IMG/VR virus record: IMGVR_UViG_2698536651_000008 | Span: 1-34,083 of that record | Source of the DNA: a virus | Taxonomy: Duplodnaviria > Heunggongvirae > Uroviricota > Caudoviricetes | DNA: 34,083 bases | Strand: one strand, 5' to 3' | In this document: positions 28,053 to 34,083 of the stretch, piece by piece | Layout: each line of letters begins with the position of its first letter | Numbering within the stretch: the stretch's first letter is position 1 | The notes under the pieces: model-generated | What the model was told of the DNA's origin: nothing | What the model saw: only the letters and a program-made list of their open reading frames with translations | The model's database searches: none | Position numbers and translations under genes: made by a program

Positions 28053-30492
28053 CAATGTAAAATTACAGGTATTGCTCAGGGCTGTTGACCAGGCATCCCG
28101 CCCGTTTAAATCCATCCGCACAGCGAGCAAATCGCTGTCGGGGGATATCCGGGAAACACAAAAATCACTGCGCGAGCTGAACGGTCACGCATCCCGTATT
28201 GAGGGATTTCGCAAGACCAGTGCACAGCTCGCCGTGACTGGTCATGCACTTGAAAAGGCACGGCAGGAGGCCGAAGCCCTTGCCACACAGTTTAAAAACA
28301 CCGAACGTCCGACACGTGCTCAGGCGAAAGTGCTGGAATCCGCGAAGCGTGCGGCGGAGGACTTACAGGCGAAATATTACCGCCTGACGGATTCCGTTAA
28401 ACGCCAGCAGCGGGAACTGGCCGTTGTGGGAATTAATACCCGCAATCTTGCACATGATGAGCAGGGACTGAAAAACCGTATCAGTGAAACCACCGCCCAG
28501 CTTAACCGGCAGCGTGACGCGCTGGCGCGTGTCAGTGCGCAACAGGCAAAACTTAACGCAGTCAAACAGCGTTATCAGGCCGGAAAGGAACTGGCCGGAA
28601 ATATGGCCTCAGTGGGCGCTGCCGGTGTGGGGATTGCTGCTGCGGGAACGATGGCCGGAGTTAAGTTGCTGATGCCCGGTTATGAGTTTGCGCAGAAAAA
28701 CTCAGAATTGCAGGCCGTGCTCGGTGTGGCAAAAGACTCCGCCGAAATGGCCGCGCTCCGCAAGCAGGCGCGCCAGCTCGGCGACAATACCGCAGCCTCG
28801 GCAGATGATGCAGCCGGTGCTCAGATTATTATTGCGAAAGCCGGTGGGGATGTTGATGCCATTCAGGCGGCAACGCCGGTCACGCTGAATATGGCGCTGG
28901 CGAACCGTCGCACGATGGAAGAAAACGCCGCCCTGCTGATGGGGATGAAATCCGCCTTTCAGCTTTCAAACGATAAGGTCGCTCATATCGGGGATGTTCT
29001 CTCCATGACGATGAACAAAACCGCCGCCGATTTTGACGGTATGAGCGATGCGCTGACCTATGCCGCACCTGTGGCAAAAAATGCCGGTGTCAGCATTGAA
29101 GAAACCGCCGCAATGGTCGGGGCGCTGCATGATGCAAAAATTACCGGTTCAATGGCGGGGACGGGAAGCCGTGCCGTGTTAAGTCGCCTGCAGGCACCGA
29201 CGGGAAAAGCATGGGATGCACTCAAAGAGCTTGGAGTGAAAACCTCAGATAGCAAGGGAAACACCCGACCAGTATTTACAATTCTGAAAGAAATGCAGGC
29301 CAGTTTTGAGAAAAACCGGCTCGGTACTGCCCAGCAGGCTGAATACATGAAAACCATTTTCGGGGAGGAGGCCAGCTCAGCCGCCGCCGTGCTGATGACT
29401 GCCGCCTCAACCGGAAAGCTGGACAAACTGACCGCTGCGTTTAAAGCCTCAGACGGGAAGACCGCGGAGCTGGTAAATATCATGCAGGACAACCTCGGCG
29501 GTGACTTTAAGGAGTTTCAGTCCGCTTATGAGGCGGTGGGGACTGACCTGTTTGACCAGCAGGAAGGCGCGCTGCGTAAGCTCACGCAGACGGCCACAAA
29601 GTATGTGTTAAAACTCGACGGCTGGATACAGAAAAACAAATCACTGGCGTCAACCATCGGCATCATTGTCGGTGGTGCACTGGCGCTGACTGGTGTCATC
29701 GGTGCCATTGGCCTCGTAGCCTGGCCGGTTATCACCGGCATCAATGCCATCATCGCGGCAGCAGGCGCAATGGGTGCAATCTTCACGACGGTTGGTAGTG
29801 CCATTATGACGGCCATCGGGGCGATTAGCTGGCCGGTTGTGGCCGTGGTGGCTGCCATTGTCGCCGGGGCGTTGCTTATCCGTAAATACTGGGAGCCTGT
29901 CAGCGCATTCTTTGGCGGTGTGGTTGAAGGGCTGAAAGCGGCATTTGCGCCGGTGGGGGAGCTGTTCACGCCACTGAAACCGGTGTTTGACTGGCTGGGC
30001 GAAAAGTTACAGGCCGCGTGGCAGTGGTTTAAAAACCTGATTGCCCCGGTTAAAGCCACCCAGGACACCCTGAATCGTTGCCGTGACACGGGCGTCATGT
30101 TCGGGCAGGCACTGGCTGACGCGCTGATGCTGCCGCTTAATGCGTTCAACAAACTGCGCAGCGGTATTGACTGGGTACTGGAAAAGCTCGGGGTCATCAA
30201 CAAAGAGTCTGACGCACTTGACCAGACCGCCGCCAGAACTCAAGCCGCCACGTATGGCAGCGGTGGTTATATTCCGGCGACCAGCTCTTATGCAGGCTAT
30301 CAGGCTTATCAGCCGGTTACGGCACCGGCTGGCCGCTCTTATGTGGACCAGAGTAAAAACGAATATCACATCAGTCTGACGGGCGGTACTGCACCGGGGA
30401 CTCAGCTCGACCGCCAGTTACAGGATGCGCTCGAAAAATACGAGCGGGATAAACGTGCGCGCGCCCGTGCCAGCATGATGCATGACGGTTAA
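28045..30492 (+). CDS. T: Tail tape measure protein T (815 aa)
   Basis: 815-aa ORF with coiled-coil N-terminus and Gly/Ala-rich hydrophobic segments; matches P2 T. Confidence 0.9.
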   Translation: MSNNVKLQVLLRAVDQASRPFKSIRTASKSLSGDIRETQKSLRELNGHASRIEGFRKTSAQLAVTGHALEKARQEAEALATQFKNTERPTRAQAKVLESAKRAAEDLQAKYYRLTDSVKRQQRELAVVGINTRNLAHDEQGLKNRISETTAQLNRQRDALARVSAQQAKLNAVKQRYQAGKELAGNMASVGAAGVGIAAAGTMAGVKLLMPGYEFAQKNSELQAVLGVAKDSAEMAALRKQARQLGDNTAASADDAAGAQIIIAKAGGDVDAIQAATPVTLNMALANRRTMEENAALLMGMKSAFQLSNDKVAHIGDVLSMTMNKTAADFDGMSDALTYAAPVAKNAGVSIEETAAMVGALHDAKITGSMAGTGSRAVLSRLQAPTGKAWDALKELGVKTSDSKGNTRPVFTILKEMQASFEKNRLGTAQQAEYMKTIFGEEASSAAAVLMTAASTGKLDKLTAAFKASDGKTAELVNIMQDNLGGDFKEFQSAYEAVGTDLFDQQEGALRKLTQTATKYVLKLDGWIQKNKSLASTIGIIVGGALALTGVIGAIGLVAWPVITGINAIIAAAGAMGAIFTTVGSAIMTAIGAISWPVVAVVAAIVAGALLIRKYWEPVSAFFGGVVEGLKAAFAPVGELFTPLKPVFDWLGEKLQAAWQWFKNLIAPVKATQDTLNRCRDTGVMFGQALADALMLPLNAFNKLRSGIDWVLEKLGVINKESDALDQTAARTQAATYGSGGYIPATSSYAGYQAYQPVTAPAGRSYVDQSKNEYHISLTGGTAPGTQLDRQLQDALEKYERDKRARARASMMHDG

Positions 30493-30506
30493 GGAGGTGA
30501 CGAAAA

Positions 30507-30986
30507 ATGATGCTCGCGTTAGGTATGTTTGTTTTTATGCGCCAGACGCTGCCACACCAGACCATGCAGCGTGAATCAGATTATCGCTGGCCGTCAAATT
30601 CCCGTATCGGTAAACGGGATGCCTTTCAGTTTCTCGGTGTGGGTGAGGAAAACATTACGCTTGCCGGTGTGCTTTATCCCGAACTGACAGGCGGAAAGCT
30701 GACGATGACCACGCTCAGGCTGATGGCAGAGGAAGGTCGGGCGTGGCCGTTGCTGGATGGCACCGGCATGATTTACGGCATGTATGTCATCAGCAGGGTG
30801 AGTGAAACAGGGAGTATTTTCTTTGCAGACGGCACACCCCGGAAAATTGATTTTACGCTGTCGCTCACCCGCGTTGATGAATCACTGGCCGCGCTTTATG
30901 GCGATATCGGTAAACAGGCGGAATCGCTCATCGGTAAGGCTGGCAGTATGGCGACCAGATTCACGGGTATGACGGGGGCGGGATAA
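30507..30986 (+). CDS. U: Tail protein U (159 aa)
   Basis: 159-aa ORF; matches P2 U length and order. Confidence 0.85.
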   Translation: MMLALGMFVFMRQTLPHQTMQRESDYRWPSNSRIGKRDAFQFLGVGEENITLAGVLYPELTGGKLTMTTLRLMAEEGRAWPLLDGTGMIYGMYVISRVSETGSIFFADGTPRKIDFTLSLTRVDESLAALYGDIGKQAESLIGKAGSMATRFTGMTGAG

Positions 30987-32149
30987 TGCTGGATGCGCTG
31001 ACATTTGATGCAGGCAGTACGCTGACGCCGGATTACATGCTGATGCTCGACAGCAGGGATATTACCGGCAATATCAGCGACCGTCTGATGAGCATGACCC
31101 TGACGGATAACCGGGGCTTTGAGGCTGACCAGCTTGATATTGAACTGAACGATGCCGACGGGCAGGTCGGGCTGCCGGTTCGTGGCGCTGTCCTGACGGT
31201 GTATATCGGCTGGAAAGGTTTTGCCCTGGTATGCAAAGGGAAATTTACCGTTGATGAGGTTGAACACCGGGGCGCGCCGGATGTGGTTACCATCCGCGCC
31301 CGGAGTGCAGATTTTCGCGGGACGCTCAATTCCCGCCGTGAAGGCTCCTGGCATGACACCACGCTCGGTGCGATTGTTGAGGTGATAGCCTCCCGTAACA
31401 GGCTGGAAGCCAGTGTCGCGCCGTCACTGGCCGGAATTAAAATCCCGCACATCGACCAGTCGCAGGAGTCTGATGCAAAATTCCTGACCCGCCTTGCTGA
31501 ACGCAACGGCGGGGAGGTGTCGGTAAAAATGGGAAAACTGTTGTTTCTCAAAGCGGGGCAGGGAGTGACGGCCAGCGGTAAAAAAATCCCGCAGGTCACC
31601 ATAACCCGCAGCGACGGCGACCGCCATCATTTTGCGATTGCTGACCGTGGAGCCTACACCGGTGTAACGGCAAAATGGCTACACACCAAAGACCCGAAGC
31701 CTCAAAAGCAGAAGGTAAAACTGAAACGCAAAAAGAAAGAGAAACACCTGCGCGCACTGGAGCACCCGAAAGCGAAACCGGTCAGGCAGAAGAAAGCGCC
31801 TAAAGTACCGGAAGCGCGTGAAGGTGAATACATGGCCGGTGAGGCTGACAACGTTTTTGCCCTGACCACGGTATATGCCACGAAAGCGCAGGCCATGCGC
31901 GCCGCTCAGGCGAAGTGGGATAAACTGCAACGGGGCGTTGCGGAGTTCTCCATCAGCCTGGCTACCGGTCGGGCAGATATTTACACGGAAACACCGGTCA
32001 AAGTGTCTGGCTTTAAGCGCGTCATAGACGAGCAGGACTGGACAATCACTAAGGTGACACATTTTCTGAATAATAGCGGCTTCACGACGTCCTTAGAGCT
32101 TGAGGTCAGGCTTTCTGATGTGGAGTACGAAACAGAAGATGATGAGTGA
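30986..32149 (+). CDS. D: Late tail protein D (387 aa)
   Basis: 387-aa ORF overlapping the U stop; matches P2 D. Confidence 0.85.
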   Translation: MLDALTFDAGSTLTPDYMLMLDSRDITGNISDRLMSMTLTDNRGFEADQLDIELNDADGQVGLPVRGAVLTVYIGWKGFALVCKGKFTVDEVEHRGAPDVVTIRARSADFRGTLNSRREGSWHDTTLGAIVEVIASRNRLEASVAPSLAGIKIPHIDQSQESDAKFLTRLAERNGGEVSVKMGKLLFLKAGQGVTASGKKIPQVTITRSDGDRHHFAIADRGAYTGVTAKWLHTKDPKPQKQKVKLKRKKKEKHLRALEHPKAKPVRQKKAPKVPEAREGEYMAGEADNVFALTTVYATKAQAMRAAQAKWDKLQRGVAEFSISLATGRADIYTETPVKVSGFKRVIDEQDWTITKVTHFLNNSGFTTSLELEVRLSDVEYETEDDE

Positions 32150-32230
32150 TGTTTTTGTTTTATCTGTTTGTTTTGTAAGGATAAATTAACTAAAATGGCA
32201 CCATCAACAAAACCGGAAGAGGTGCTCGCG

Positions 32231-32449
32231 ATGTTTCATTGTCCTTTATGCCAGCATGCCGCACATGCGCGTACAAGTCGCTATATCACTGACACGACAA
32301 AAGAGCGTTATCATCAGTGCCAGAACGTGAATTGCAGCGCCACGTTCATCACTTATGAGTCGGTACAGCGATACATCGTGAAGCCGGGAGAAGTCCACGC
32401 CGTAAGGCCGCACCCGTTGCCATCAGGACAGCAAATTATGTGGATGTAA
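32231..32449 (+). CDS. ogr: Late-gene transcription activator Ogr (zinc finger, 72 aa)
   Basis: MFHCPLCQHAAHARTSRYITDTTKERYHQCQNVNCSATF... with a CxxC...CxxxxC zinc finger; the ORF-track start (32168) is longer than the 72-aa Ogr. Confidence 0.85.
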   Translation: MFHCPLCQHAAHARTSRYITDTTKERYHQCQNVNCSATFITYESVQRYIVKPGEVHAVRPHPLPSGQQIMWM

Positions 32450-32461
32450 TTACAAACAGAA

Positions 32462-32486
32462 AGCCCCTCAGTCGAGGGGCTTTTTT
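32462..32486 (+). terminator. Rho-independent terminator after ogr
   Basis: gcccctc-agtc-gaggggc hairpin followed by TTTTTT. Confidence 0.55.
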
Positions 32487-32550
32487 GTCGATGTGGTCAA
32501 TGTGTGGACGTGACCAGAAATAAATCCTTTTATTTCAATTTATTGTACGT

Positions 32551-32577
32551 AAAAAATAAGCCCGTGTAAGGGAGATT
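32551..32577. other. attR: Probable prophage attR core (P2-type att core overlapping the cyaR 3' end)
   Basis: The sequence aaaaaataagcccgtgtaagggagatt matches what I recall as the P2 att core, which coincides with the CyaR terminator. The exact extent is uncertain; attL lies outside the window. Confidence 0.45.
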
Positions 32578-32637
32578 ACACAGGCTAAGGAGGTGGTTCC
32601 TGGTACAGCTAGCATTTTATGGGTTATGTTTTTCAGC
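32551..32637 (-). ncRNA. cyaR: CyaR (RyeE) Hfq-dependent small RNA
   Basis: Minus-strand sequence GCTGAAAAACATAACCCATAAAATGCTAGCTGTACCAGGAACCACCTCCTTAGCCTGTGTAATCTCCCTTACACGGGCTTATTTTTT matches the E. coli CyaR sequence as I recall it, including the terminator hairpin and U-tail; it lies between yegQ and the phage ogr, as at the K-12 ogrK locus. Confidence 0.8.
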
Positions 32638-32672
32638 GAAACGGATGATAACCTTAATAAATGCAGCTGTAT

Positions 32673-32688
32673 GTGATCGGTTTCTAAG
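32673..32688. promoter_or_regulatory. Candidate CRP-binding site of the cyaR promoter
   Basis: TGTGA-N6-TCTAA on the plus strand (TTAGA-N6-TCACA on the minus strand), centred about 40 bp upstream of the inferred CyaR 5' end; CyaR is known to be CRP-activated. Confidence 0.4.
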
Positions 32689-32721
32689 AATTTTCCATCC
32701 GGGAAAAATAATCGAAATTAA

Positions 32722-34083
32722 TCACTTACCGTGGGGATTACGCGTGGTTTCCCCGGAGAAATTACGCATCAGCAGCGCGTAATTGAGCTCAAGATCCTGC
32801 GGGACCGGGAGCCACACAGTATAACCATCGCCTGGTGCTATCGGCATAGCTTCGCCTTTGGCGTTTTCCATGTGCTCAAGGGTAAAATTAATGTTGCCTT
32901 GCGGCGTCATCAGCTCAAGGCTGTCGCCAACGGAGAATTTATTTTTCACCGCTACCGCCGCGAGGTCCCCCTTGCGCTCACCGGTAAACTCACCAACAAA
33001 CTGCTGGCGGTCAGAAACTGAATAACCGTATTCGTAGTTCTGATAATCGTCGTGAGTATGACGACGCAGGAAACCTTCGGTATAGCCACGATGCGCCAGA
33101 CCTTCCAGAGTTTCCAGCAGGCTGGTATCGAACGGTTTTCCCGCAGCGGCGTCATCGATAGCTTTGCGGTAAACCTGTGCGGTGCGTGCACAATAGTAGA
33201 AAGATTTGGTACGACCTTCGATTTTCAGCGAATGCACGCCCATTTTGGTCAGGCGTTCTACATGGGCGATGGCGCGCAGATCTTTCGAGTTCATGATGTA
33301 AGTGCCGTGCTCATCTTCAAACGCGGTCATATACTCGCCCGGACGCTGGGCCTCTTCGATCATAAACACTTTGTCGGTTGGTGCGCCGATACCCAGCGTC
33401 GGCTCAACATTTTGCACCGGAATCGGCTCGTACTTGTGTACGATGTTGCCAACATCATCTTCTTTCCCTTCCTGGACGTTGTACTCCCAGCGGCAGGCGT
33501 TGGTGCAGGTGCCCTGGTTCGGGTCGCGCTTGTTGATATAGCCAGAGAGCAGGCAGCGACCGGAGTAGGCCATGCACAGCGCGCCGTGAACGAAGATCTC
33601 GATCTCCATATCCGGCACCTGATTGCGGATCTCTTCAATCTCTTCCAGCGACAGCTCGCGAGAGAGGATCACGCGGGTCAGGCCCATTTGCTGCCAGAAT
33701 TTCACCGTCGCCCAGTTCACGGCGTTAGCCTGCACCGAAAGGTGGATCGGCATTTCAGGGAAGTGCTCACGCACCAGCATAATCAGCCCTGGATCGGACA
33801 TAATCAGCGCATCCGGCCCCATTTCCACCACCGGTTTCAGGTCACGGATAAAGGTTTTCAGCTTGGCGTTGTGCGGTGCAATGTTGACCACGACATAAAA
33901 CTTTTTCCCCAGCGCGTGGGCTTCATTGATGCCGAGCTGAAGATTTTCGTGGTTGAATTCGTTGTTGCGCACACGCAGGGAATAACGCGGCTGGCCCGCA
34001 TAAACAGCATCTGCGCCATAAGCGAAAGCGTAACGCATATTTTTCAGCGTTCCCGCCGGGGAAAGGAGTTCCGGTTTAAACAT
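32722..34083 (-). CDS. yegQ: U32-family peptidase YegQ (TrhP-like), 453 aa, host gene
   Basis: Complete 453-aa ORF (MFKPELLSPAGTLKNMRYAFAYGADAVYAGQPRYSLRVRNNEF...) with the U32 signature region EIFVHGALCMAYSGRCLLSGY; its start codon is the last three bases of the window. Confidence 0.85.
   Translation of the reverse strand: MFKPELLSPAGTLKNMRYAFAYGADAVYAGQPRYSLRVRNNEFNHENLQLGINEAHALGKKFYVVVNIAPHNAKLKTFIRDLKPVVEMGPDALIMSDPGLIMLVREHFPEMPIHLSVQANAVNWATVKFWQQMGLTRVILSRELSLEEIEEIRNQVPDMEIEIFVHGALCMAYSGRCLLSGYINKRDPNQGTCTNACRWEYNVQEGKEDDVGNIVHKYEPIPVQNVEPTLGIGAPTDKVFMIEEAQRPGEYMTAFEDEHGTYIMNSKDLRAIAHVERLTKMGVHSLKIEGRTKSFYYCARTAQVYRKAIDDAAAGKPFDTSLLETLEGLAHRGYTEGFLRRHTHDDYQNYEYGYSVSDRQQFVGEFTGERKGDLAAVAVKNKFSVGDSLELMTPQGNINFTLEHMENAKGEAMPIAPGDGYTVWLPVPQDLELNYALLMRNFSGETTRNPHGK

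Noticed and set aside
29526-30203. 225-aa minus-strand ORF inside the tape-measure gene
   Set aside because: Antisense to the 815-aa T gene, which is complete and of exactly the expected length; Ala/Pro/Ser/Thr-rich antisense translation.
31033-32062. Minus-strand ORFs (189, 127, 68, 64 aa) within gene D
   Set aside because: Antisense to a full-length D ORF; no independent evidence.
1-34083. CRISPR arrays, tRNA genes, IS elements/transposases
   Set aside because: I looked for short regularly spaced direct repeats, cloverleaf-like tRNA sequences near the att site, and terminal inverted repeats flanking transposase-like ORFs, and found none. The att site here is at an sRNA 3' end rather than a tRNA.

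Overview
The window is an almost complete P2-like (Peduovirus-type) prophage sitting beside the host gene yegQ, most likely in an Escherichia/Shigella-type chromosome. Gene order follows the P2 prophage map: int (partial, runs off the left edge) - C - cox - B - small early ORFs - A | cargo 1 | cos | Q P (minus strand) | O N M L X Y K lysA lysB/lysC R S V W J I H G | cargo 2 | FI FII E/E' T U D ogr | attR/cyaR | yegQ. Assignments rest on my recognition of the translated ORFs (N-termini, lengths, gene order) against phage P2; no database search was run. Two positions known as variable accessory loci in P2-like phages carry visibly AT-rich foreign cargo. Between A and cos (where P2 has tin/old) there is a single 864-aa gene with an N-terminal SIR2-like domain and a long helical-repeat C-terminus. 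Between G and FI (where P2 has Z/fun) there is a RES-domain protein convergent with an HTH protein, separated by a bidirectional terminator. These two cargo loci are the most likely candidates for undescribed anti-phage or abortive-infection functions. Other points: the tail-fibre gene H is enlarged and mosaic, the E/E' -1 frameshift site is intact, the 19-nt P2 cos sequence is present, and the prophage right end abuts an apparently intact CyaR sRNA gene. GC content was judged by eye only; no numbers were computed.
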